Part shown: positions 25,327 to 32,000 of the stretch, piece after piece | Layout: the number at the start of each line of letters is the position of its first letter | Numbering within the stretch: the first letter of the stretch is position 1 | Assembly (NCBI GenBank): GCA_047635695.1 | Contig: JBLILN010000006.1 | Coordinates: forward strand, 43,089 to 75,088 | Reading direction: 5' to 3' | DNA: 32,000 nucleotides | DNA from: Alphaproteobacteria bacterium | GTDB lineage: Bacteria; Pseudomonadota; Alphaproteobacteria; UBA2136 | The notes under the pieces: generated by a model | Told to the model about the DNA's origin: nothing | Seen by the model: only the letters and a program-made list of their open reading frames with translations | Database searches by the model: none | Program-made: the position numbers and the translations under genes

Positions 25327-25863
25327 TTACTGCTCAGCTTCAAAAACTTCGTTTGAATCAAGTACAGCATTAACAGCGTCAATAAGACTAGTCACAGCCT
25401 CAGGCACTGGGACTGCACGTGCCTGTGCAAGTTTAGCTACGGTAGTGTCTGATAATTCAACCCTTGTTTTACCTGTATCAAAGAGCATTAAGAGGCCTTG
25501 AAACGTCATCAGACCCACAAGGTCCATACCATCTTCACCGGCGTCAGAATATTCAGCGAGAAAGTCACCCACACTCCCTGCAAACTCTTCCTTCATACCA
25601 GCAACATCTTCATCAGAAAATGTTTCATAGCTTAGGTTTATAGCGGCTACCTTTCTGGCGACAGCAATTACATCGACCGCCTTTCCACTTAAAAGCCCAT
25701 TTATAAACCACTGCTGCTCGTCAAGGTCATCCATACCCATCGGCTTTTCATCACTTTCGCGTTGTAAGCCTTTAACCAGCGACAGAATCATAAAAGGAAG
25801 ATCAATATCAACATTTACAGCTTCGGCTAATTTCTCAAGATTTTCAATCGTTTTATTCGCCAT
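25327..25863 (-). CDS. Acidic cytoplasmic protein, unknown function
   Basis: 178 aa, Asp/Glu-rich, with no TM segment. AAGGAG RBS. It has its own terminator and a hairpin just 5' of the SD. Confidence 0.5.
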   Translation of the reverse strand: MANKTIENLEKLAEAVNVDIDLPFMILSLVKGLQRESDEKPMGMDDLDEQQWFINGLLSGKAVDVIAVARKVAAINLSYETFSDEDVAGMKEEFAGSVGDFLAEYSDAGEDGMDLVGLMTFQGLLMLFDTGKTRVELSDTTVAKLAQARAVPVPEAVTSLIDAVNAVLDSNEVFEAEQ

Positions 25864-26075
25864 AAGTGGCTCCTTAAACCCAGACCTGGGTTGTTTCTAA
25901 AAGAAAAAGTGTTTACTTCACAAGAGAATGTATACTTAATCGTAAGAAATATCGAGAAAAAACAGACTAAGGGCGCACCGGAAGAACAGGTGATACCAAG
26001 ATGTATGTTTTTGTTTTCTAGCAGGGAAGGCTATACTTAATAGCTAATACTGCGTAAAGCAACTTATTGCGCAAA

Positions 26076-26102
26076 TAAAAACAGACGCTCGAGAGCGCCT
26101 GT
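26076..26102 (-). terminator. Intrinsic terminator after rplS
   Basis: The minus strand reads ACAGGCGCtctcgaGCGTCTGT (one G-U pair) followed by T5. Confidence 0.7.
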
Positions 26103-26121
26103 TCCTAAATAACTTAAGAGC

Positions 26122-26478
26122 TTACTTAACGCGCTTCTCGCGGATACGAGCAGCTTTACCACGCAAGTCACGTAGGTAGTAAAGTTTCGCACGGCGTACA
26201 ACACCACGACGAACAACATCAATGCTATCAAGAGTTGGTGAGTGAAGTGGGAACACACGTTCAACACCTTCACCGTATGAAATTTTACGTACTGTAAAGT
26301 TTGAGTTTATGCTGTCGTTTTTACGAGCGATGCATACACCTTCAAAAGCTTGAACACGTTCACGTGTACCCTCTTTTACTTTTACGTTTACACATACTGT
26401 GTCACCGACTGCAAATTCTGGAATTTCTTTACCAAGTGTTGCAAGTGTTTCTTTGTTTAGCTGTTCAATAATGTTCAT
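26122..26478 (-). CDS. rplS: 50S ribosomal protein L19
   Basis: Start placed at [10 protein letters not shown] (26478), giving 118 aa; the track ORF carries 37 extra N-terminal codons. Conserved FxxGDTVxVxVKVxEGxRERxQxFEGVxIA and RRAKLYYLR. Confidence 0.93.
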   Translation of the reverse strand: MNIIEQLNKETLATLGKEIPEFAVGDTVCVNVKVKEGTRERVQAFEGVCIARKNDSINSNFTVRKISYGEGVERVFPLHSPTLDSIDVVRRGVVRRAKLYYLRDLRGKAARIREKRVK

Positions 26479-26726
26479 TTTAGAACCCTTTGTTTGTGCA
26501 TATGTCTTTAAATTCTTACGTCGGTTATGAGCCGCTGATCCAGAGAGACATAGCTTGTTTAATATAAATCTCACTTGCTTTTTAATCACAAGTACGCCTC
26601 TTTTACGGCAATTCCAGCGAAAAAGAAAGCAAAAAATACAATTTTCATGTATAAACTAACAAATAGGGCGTTGAAACACTTTATTCAAGGGCTTAGAAAA
26701 AATATATTACAAAAGGTTTATTTTAT

Positions 26727-27611
26727 ATGTGGATTATCATATCGCTGGTCACTGTTATTGTATCCTGCTTAATTGCCGACTGGAACCGTCGCCATAAGCA
26801 AGAAATTGTTGCCCTTAACTTTTGGCGTTCATTGGTAGCCATTATAAGCTTGCTGCCTTTTTGTTTGTTTGGTACATGGCCCAGCGAAACATCCTTTTAC
26901 CTCATATCTATTTTAATAGGCTTAGGTTCTGGTATTGCAGCCATGACCACATTTCACCTGGCTGCAAAATTTAACGGGCGCATTTCAATACTGCACAGTG
27001 CTGTGGCTATGTTATTCACATTTGCCGCTTGGATTATCATTGACCCAAGCAGCCGCAGCCTTTTTATTGAGACGCCACTTAAAGGTAGTGCCATTTGTTT
27101 ATTACTGATAAGTGCGGGCGTTTCATTATTTTTCATGCGCAATAAATCGACAGCAAACCTTGAAAAAGGTTACCTGCTACCGACAATTCTCATAGGTATG
27201 CTGAGTGCTATTTTAACCATTATAGGCAAGCTTGCACTGCCCAGCAACATATCCAGTGACCTAAACAGTAAGGTTATTATAATGAGCATCATCATATTTT
27301 CAGTTCAGGCTCTTATGTCGTTTGCTATTATTTACTACAAGAAGTATCAAAAGCAATCGCACACCCTTCATTTCAAGAAACACCTTAAAGGCAGAATTAT
27401 TTATTTAGGTCTACTCGGTTCTGTGGGTTGTCTTACGTCATGGGCGGCCATAGCACTTGCCCCTAACCCTGCTTATGTAAAAGCCATTGCCATGAGCGCG
27501 CCGATCCTTCTTTTGGGTTACCATAAAATTTTAAAAATTGAAGACAAGGCGAACCCCATTGCAGGCACCATACTCGCCGTCAGCGTAATATTGCTTATTT
27601 TACTTCAGTAA
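26727..27611 (+). CDS. DMT-superfamily (EamA-like) transporter
   Basis: 294 aa with about 10 predicted TM helices in two similar halves. The family assignment rests on topology and length only. Confidence 0.45.
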   Translation: MWIIISLVTVIVSCLIADWNRRHKQEIVALNFWRSLVAIISLLPFCLFGTWPSETSFYLISILIGLGSGIAAMTTFHLAAKFNGRISILHSAVAMLFTFAAWIIIDPSSRSLFIETPLKGSAICLLLISAGVSLFFMRNKSTANLEKGYLLPTILIGMLSAILTIIGKLALPSNISSDLNSKVIIMSIIIFSVQALMSFAIIYYKKYQKQSHTLHFKKHLKGRIIYLGLLGSVGCLTSWAAIALAPNPAYVKAIAMSAPILLLGYHKILKIEDKANPIAGTILAVSVILLILLQ

Positions 27612-27617
27612 TTATAT

Positions 27618-28598
27618 TTAGAGCGACAGTGGCACTTCTTTTTCATCATCCTTGCTTTTATGAATAACCGCTACCATGTCCCAAACCTCTTCAGCGCTTA
27701 ATTCGGCTAAATTTTCCACCCAGATACTATGTGCCGCGTCATTTTGCGCCAGAGGCCTCCATGAATTAGGGTCACTACCGCGACCGAACAAGGCAAAAGT
27801 TTCGACCCCTGCCGCCGCGCAAAGATGAATGGGGCCAGTATCACCGCCTACAGCAAGTGCGCTACCAGAAGCCAATGAACAAAGTTCACTTATACCCGTT
27901 TTACCGCATGCGTCAACAACATGAACATCTGACATTTGTTTAATGCGATCACAAAGGTCTATTTCATCATCCGTTGGCCCACCAGTCAATACAGGTTGCA
28001 TACCTGCGTCTGACATATACCCAGCCATTTTAGCAAAACTTTCAGGCTGCCAACGCTTATTAGGGCGATTAGCCGCACAAGAAGGAATAAGCAAGCCTAT
28101 GGGCTTTACAAGATCTAGCCCTAAACTTTCTTTCACTTGATTCACCACTTCAGGGCGCTTTAAGCGTTCAGATATGGCCGTGGGCTCAATGCTTTCATCG
28201 GCCGACAATGCACCAAGGCTTTTAAGGGTGTATTCCATCATTTGCACCACATGAATTGGCGCCACAATAGCACCTTCGTCATAGGCAATATTCGTTTCAT
28301 CAATATGTTCAATATCGTCTAAGGCGTAATAGGGTACATTAAATGCGTCTTCTTCTGGAAAATCGTCGTGAATGTTAAAGTCAACGATCGCACTTACAGA
28401 TGATGTATCAACAGAATTGATGTCCACAAAGTTGAATTTTTCATCGGCGAAAGTTTCCACCCAGCCATGCATCAACGCCGACCCCGTTAAAAGCAAAGCC
28501 TCGTCTTTACTGGAAGAAAATTCTTTTAATACCTTCACGGCCGAGGCGCATAACACACCCTCTCCGAGGTCTTTTGGTAACCTTAATATAATAGACAT
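27618..28598 (-). CDS. GT9-family glycosyltransferase (heptosyltransferase-like)
   Basis: 326 aa. The C-terminal GT9 signature is ALAVGGDTGPIHLCAAAGVETFALFG. The N-terminus is LGEGVLCASAVKVLKE. Confidence 0.7.
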   Translation of the reverse strand: MSIILRLPKDLGEGVLCASAVKVLKEFSSSKDEALLLTGSALMHGWVETFADEKFNFVDINSVDTSSVSAIVDFNIHDDFPEEDAFNVPYYALDDIEHIDETNIAYDEGAIVAPIHVVQMMEYTLKSLGALSADESIEPTAISERLKRPEVVNQVKESLGLDLVKPIGLLIPSCAANRPNKRWQPESFAKMAGYMSDAGMQPVLTGGPTDDEIDLCDRIKQMSDVHVVDACGKTGISELCSLASGSALAVGGDTGPIHLCAAAGVETFALFGRGSDPNSWRPLAQNDAAHSIWVENLAELSAEEVWDMVAVIHKSKDDEKEVPLSL

Positions 28599-28668
28599 AG
28601 TAAAGCCCTCTTTTTTATCTATACACTTATAGCCTTTAACACAAGGTGCGTATTAAAAAAAATGACAT

Positions 28669-29373
28669 TTACTTTTGCAGTAAGTCAGGGCGATTTTGCT
28701 TGGTTTTTTCAAGCGCCTTTTCTTTGCGCCACTTTTCAATATGGCCGTGATGACCACTGCTTAAAACGTCAGGTACCTGACGTCCTTCCCATTCTATCGG
28801 TCTTGTGTAATGCGGGTATTCTAAAAGCTTTTCGCCTTTATCACTGATGATATCGAAACTTTCTTCGTGCAATGTTTCATGGTTACCTAAGCTTTCAGGA
28901 ATGTTACGTACCACGGCGTCAATCACCACCATGGCCGCAAGCTCACCGCCACTTAAAACATAGTCACCGATAGAAAGTTCTTCGTCGACCACCGCGTCAA
29001 TGGCACGTTGGTCCACACCTTCATAATGCCCACAAAGCAAAATAAGCCCGCCTGCATGTGCTGCAAGTTCCCTTGCTTTATCTTGATCAAACTTTTTGCC
29101 TGAAGGTGTCATGAAAACAACCTTGGCCTTGGGTGATTTTTCCTTCGCGTGGCGTACACTATTTGCCACCACGTCAGCGCGCATCAACATACCAGCACCG
29201 CCCCCATAAGGTGTATCGTCTACCGTATTATGCTTACCCGCAGCAAACTCACGAATTTGAACTGTATCTAATGACCATAAGCCTTTATCGGCGGCACGTT
29301 TCATAATAGAAACATCTAATGGCCCGGGGAACATATCGGGAAACAGCGTCACAATGGTAATGGGGTACGGCAC
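28669..29373 (-). CDS. trmD: tRNA (guanine37-N1)-methyltransferase TrmD
   Basis: 234 aa with an apparent GTG start. Motifs: ITIVTLFPDMF, DDTPYGGGAGMLM, LLCGHYEGVDQR, SIGDYVLSGGE. Confidence 0.93.
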   Translation of the reverse strand: MPYPITIVTLFPDMFPGPLDVSIMKRAADKGLWSLDTVQIREFAAGKHNTVDDTPYGGGAGMLMRADVVANSVRHAKEKSPKAKVVFMTPSGKKFDQDKARELAAHAGGLILLCGHYEGVDQRAIDAVVDEELSIGDYVLSGGELAAMVVIDAVVRNIPESLGNHETLHEESFDIISDKGEKLLEYPHYTRPIEWEGRQVPDVLSSGHHGHIEKWRKEKALEKTKQNRPDLLQK

Positions 29374-29506
29374 GGATAAAACTCTTTATAAATTCAAAAT
29401 GAACTTCACTTTTAAAGCATATACCCCAAAAAATCCAATAAAAAATTGCATACACACTTCCATCGACCTATAAAATGTGCTATATATAGTCATATAAATC
29501 AAACCA

Positions 29507-29544
29507 ATACATTTACTTTTACACTTCTTTTTTGAGGTAAACCC
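29507..29544 (+). repeat. Copy of the 7588..7629 leader, here without a following start codon
   Basis: ATACATTTACTTTTACACTTCTTTTTTGAGGTAAACCC. A third, shorter copy of the 3' half (CACCTTCAGAGGTAACACC, 29622-29640) directly precedes the ATG at 29641. Confidence 0.55.
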
Positions 29545-29640
29545 CCTTAAACCACCACAAGGCGGCTGGAAAAAATTTGATGATGACGAATAGTCAAAAT
29601 TGGACAAATTAACACCTAACCCACCTTCAGAGGTAACACC

Positions 29641-29874
29641 ATGACAATATCAAAAGCATTAACATCCACAGAAACAGCTGTTTTAAACAAACTTTCCAAC
29701 CAACCTATTAAGCATTCTCTGGATGCGTCAGTGGGCAATAAAGAATGCGAAACAGCTGATGCATTAGAGAAAAGAGGCCTTTGCACATGCACAAGCAGCC
29801 CCTCCGTTGGTGTTGTTTATACCATCACCGAAAAAGGCATACGTGTAGTCAAAGCCCTATCGGCCATAATCTAA
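29641..29874 (+). CDS. Small soluble winged-helix-like protein
   Basis: 77 aa with a GAGGT RBS. The pattern LTSTETAVLNKL...ADALEKRGL...VVYTITEKGIRVVKAL resembles short MarR/PadR-like wHTH proteins. The fold assignment was made by eye. Confidence 0.45.
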   Translation: MTISKALTSTETAVLNKLSNQPIKHSLDASVGNKECETADALEKRGLCTCTSSPSVGVVYTITEKGIRVVKALSAII

Positions 29875-29888
29875 AAAAGGAACTCATT

Positions 29889-30209
29889 ATGCTTAATATA
29901 CTTATATTCATCAGTATAGCTGCATTTATATTCCTCTCATTTTATCGTGTGACTTACGAAAAAACGACGCACAAATATCAAGCCACAACCCTTCCACGAC
30001 CGCTCACAGACCTAGAATGTGACTATATGTTAACTTTACCCTTAATGGGCGTTGCTATACCAGCCGAACAAACTATCTCGGCTGCGCATGAAGCGCTTTT
30101 AGACATAGGCATGGTTGAAGAAACCTATAACAAGCAAGCCACAACACGCACCATTCACTTCACAGAAGAAGGCAACAAACTGGCCCGTATGATGAGAGAA
30201 AATATGTAG
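29889..30209 (+). CDS. N-terminally membrane-anchored winged-helix-like protein (distant paralogue of the 77-aa protein)
   Basis: Start placed at MLNILIF (29889, AAGGAA RBS), because the track ORF from 29781 overlaps the previous gene. One TM helix (ILIFISIAAFIFLSF) is followed by RVTYEKTTHK. Then comes LTDLECDYMLTL...HEALLDIGM...TIHFTEEGNKLARMM. Confidence 0.45.
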   Translation: MLNILIFISIAAFIFLSFYRVTYEKTTHKYQATTLPRPLTDLECDYMLTLPLMGVAIPAEQTISAAHEALLDIGMVEETYNKQATTRTIHFTEEGNKLARMMRENM

Positions 30210-30218
30210 ATCGAACGT

Positions 30219-30250
30219 AAAAAAAGCCTCCCCAATAGGGAGGCTTTTTT
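30219..30250. terminator. Bidirectional intrinsic terminator between convergent genes
   Basis: aaaaaaaGCCTCCCcaataGGGAGGCtttttt. It shares the 18-mer gggaggcttttttatgtc with the 7971..8001 hairpin region. Confidence 0.8.
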
Positions 30251-30262
30251 ATGTCTCGTCGC

Positions 30263-31033
30263 TTAGGAGTTGCTAAATTTACGTGTCACATAAACAAAAG
30301 CTAAAATAAAGTTTGCCACCAAAAAGTAAGGCGTCCATGGAAGAACCACAATACCCACCTGAGCAATTTCAAAGGTTGTATAATGATACCCAAAGACTTC
30401 TAATAATGCTTGAAGCGCCGGCACACCATCACCACCATCACCATAAAAGCCTGGTACAACATTTGCAATTTCAACAATTAAACAAGAAAAAACAAAAGCA
30501 AGTGGTATGAAATATCTATTCTTTCCATTTTCGTATAAATAATAGAAAAATTGAAAGTATTCTTTGGCCTCTATATCAGCCTCAGCTTTTTTCATATAAT
30601 CTATCGCCAAAAAAATGGGGAAAAATAAATATAAAGCAAAATAGAAAGCCTTTATAGGAAGCTTAAAAATAAACGACTTAAAGGATAAGCCGTAACCTGC
30701 GACTTTTTGAATAGGGTAAGTTGCCAAAAGCAACGCACTTAAACCAAAAACAACACCAGCAGAATAAGCAATAAAATTTTGCCATGCTTCTTTGTATTGA
30801 TAACTATCAACAAAGCCACCACCCCAGCTTTTATAAATTTCAATCGGGGTGTCTAACAATGTAAAGGTAAATAATAAGTCACCCTTGCCGATAGAAACCA
30901 AATTCACATGCATACCTGATATTTTATCAAATAAGAAGTGACCCATTTCATGAATAAATGTTGATAAATGCGGCAATACAGCGCAAAACAACAAAATAAA
31001 AACCCAACTAAGGGCAGTTTTTAATAGAGCCAT
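30263..31033 (-). CDS. M50-family (site-2-protease-like) membrane metalloprotease without PDZ domain
   Basis: 256 aa, polytopic. HEMGH lies at residues 28-32 inside TM1, in an RseP-like context (STFIHEMGHFLFDKISGMHVNLVSIGKG). A second motif, NVVPGFYGDGGDG, resembles NxxPxxxLDGG. GAGGTG RBS. Confidence 0.55.
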   Translation of the reverse strand: MALLKTALSWVFILLFCAVLPHLSTFIHEMGHFLFDKISGMHVNLVSIGKGDLLFTFTLLDTPIEIYKSWGGGFVDSYQYKEAWQNFIAYSAGVVFGLSALLLATYPIQKVAGYGLSFKSFIFKLPIKAFYFALYLFFPIFLAIDYMKKAEADIEAKEYFQFFYYLYENGKNRYFIPLAFVFSCLIVEIANVVPGFYGDGGDGVPALQALLEVFGYHYTTFEIAQVGIVVLPWTPYFLVANFILAFVYVTRKFSNS

Positions 31034-31172
31034 AAGGCACCTCGTGTAAGTTATGAACGCCCAAGAAAAGGCATTGTGTCAGTGTATCTGCCATAAGACA
31101 GTTAAAAAAGATTATGTATTTATAGGTAAATTGTAAGGGCTTTATATAAAGATTTCAAGCTATGAGGCGCAT

Positions 31173-31718
31173 TTAATTTTCAGGGTTGCCGTCTAAGGCT
31201 GCAAATTCGTCGGCCATCTCAGAAACAGTAATGGTTGCTGCTGCCTGATCTACTGCTAAAACAACATCGTCTGTAAAAGGTAAAAGAACATCTCTCTTTC
31301 CTTCTTCAGGTATTTTAACTGCAATGATGGTTTGTGCGCCATTATCGAAGTGGTTACGAATGGTGCCGAACAGTGTACCGTCTTCTCGGTAAACCTTGGT
31401 GCCAATAAGGTCGTCTACGTACATATTGTCTTCCAAGTCGGGTAACATGTCATTTGAAGCGTAAAGATACATACCGCGTAGTCTTTCGGCGTCGTTACGG
31501 GTTTTAACACCTTCAAGCCTTGTGATAAGGCCTTTTGTAGTGACTTTGAAGTTAGAAATAGAAAATGGCACGTCCTGCATATTCACAAGCGTGCCATAAT
31601 CTAAAATGTCTTCTGGCTTCTCGATAAAAGTCTTAAATGTGACTTCACCTTTAATGCCATGTGCCGTCGCAATAACCCCTACGCAAAAGAAACCGTCTTT
31701 TTTATCAGGGCGTCGCAT
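31173..31718 (-). CDS. rimM: 16S rRNA processing protein RimM
   Basis: 181 aa. GVIATAHGIKGEV, plus a PRC-barrel C-terminal half. It starts 9 nt after the rpsP stop. Confidence 0.9.
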   Translation of the reverse strand: MRRPDKKDGFFCVGVIATAHGIKGEVTFKTFIEKPEDILDYGTLVNMQDVPFSISNFKVTTKGLITRLEGVKTRNDAERLRGMYLYASNDMLPDLEDNMYVDDLIGTKVYREDGTLFGTIRNHFDNGAQTIIAVKIPEEGKRDVLLPFTDDVVLAVDQAAATITVSEMADEFAALDGNPEN

Positions 31719-31727
31719 GCTTAAGCC

Positions 31728-32000
31728 TTACTCAGCTGCTGCTTCTGCAGGAGATTCTGCCGCTGCTGCTTCTGCAGCTGCTGCTTTAGCAACTTCAGCT
31801 TCTTCAGCTTTAACAGCCGCTTCTTCAGCTGCTTTCACTGCATTTGCAGCTTCTGTGCGCTTGCGTACAATTTCTGTACCACGGTCGATTGCTTTTTGGT
31901 AAGTCGCGCGTTGAGCGTCGCTACCTAGGCCTTCTTTAAGGATAATTTTAGCAACACGGTCTGTTGGTTGAGCACCAGTACCTAACCAGTAGTTAACGCG
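31728..32000 (-). CDS. rpsP: 30S ribosomal protein S16, C-terminal part with Ala/Glu-rich tail (N-terminus beyond the right window edge)
   Basis: My manual translation of the minus strand gives ...RVNYWLGTGAQPTDRVAKIILKEGLGSDAQRATYQKAIDRGTEIVRKRTEAANAVKAAEEAAVKAEEAEVAKAAAAEAAAAESPAEAAAE*. YWLGxGAQPTDRV is the S16 signature. Confidence 0.88.
   Translation of the reverse strand, partial: RVNYWLGTGAQPTDRVAKIILKEGLGSDAQRATYQKAIDRGTEIVRKRTEAANAVKAAEEAAVKAEEAEVAKAAAAEAAAAESPAEAAAE

Noticed and set aside
26575-26772. 65-aa plus-strand ORF overlapping the start of the EamA-like gene and the rplS leader
   Set aside because: It has no RBS or motif and overlaps the better-supported transporter ORF. 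The 37 extra N-terminal codons of the rplS track ORF were rejected in the same way, in favour of MNIIEQL.
29386-29607. 73-aa minus-strand ORF between trmD and the 29641 gene
   Set aside because: It is low-complexity and AT-rich, has no RBS, and covers the repeated leader sequence. It is treated as intergenic regulatory DNA.
30313-30510. Plus-strand ORF with a seven-histidine run
   Set aside because: It is antisense to the M50-like gene. The caccatcaccaccatcaccat stretch encodes YGDGGDG in the real minus-strand frame, which is part of the protease motif.
31606-31902. 98-aa Ala/Ser-rich plus-strand ORF
   Set aside because: It is an antisense reading of the rimM start and the Ala/Glu-rich tail of rpsP. 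Low-complexity GC-rich codons keep the opposite frame open.

Overview
The gene content and order of this chromosomal window look alphaproteobacterial, and it is moderately AT-rich. I recognise no rRNA, tRNA, CRISPR array, transposase or integrase.

Left third:
- A c-di-GMP gene pair: a REC-like/PAS/GGDEF/EAL protein and a degenerate-GGDEF protein.
- Flagellar basal-body genes flgF-flgG-flgA-flgH, flhB and flgB-flgC-fliE. Both rod operons are preceded by near-consensus sigma-54 (-24/-12) promoters.
- A 1.7 kb non-flagellar insert between flgH and flhB. It holds a GC-rich, multi-hairpin region with three exact C9 loops (candidate sRNA or 3'UTR element), an orphan pilin-like secreted protein and a small membrane protein.

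Middle:
- MipA/OmpV-family outer-membrane protein, an HD hydrolase and a run of small acidic or membrane proteins of unknown function.
- F0 ATP synthase genes atpB-atpE-atpF, separated from their atpI/atpZ-like gene by a cytoplasmic S49 (SppA/phage-protease-like) peptidase.
- DsbA-like protein, DUF721/DciA-like protein, mutY, a GT1 glycosyltransferase, rnhB, an Slt-type lytic transglycosylase, a UDG-family-4-like protein without the catalytic motif, and a LON N-domain protein.

Right third: the normally contiguous rpsP-rimM-trmD-rplS operon is split twice.
- A GT9 glycosyltransferase plus an EamA-like transporter lie between trmD and rplS.
- An AT-rich three-gene cassette lies between rimM and trmD. 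It encodes an M50 site-2-protease-like membrane protein, a membrane-anchored winged-helix-like protein and a soluble paralogue of it. I consider this the best candidate for an undescribed signalling module.
- This cassette and the small-membrane-protein gene in the flagellar cluster share a ~40 nt leader and a near-identical terminator hairpin.

All functional calls come from motif recognition by eye; no database search was run.
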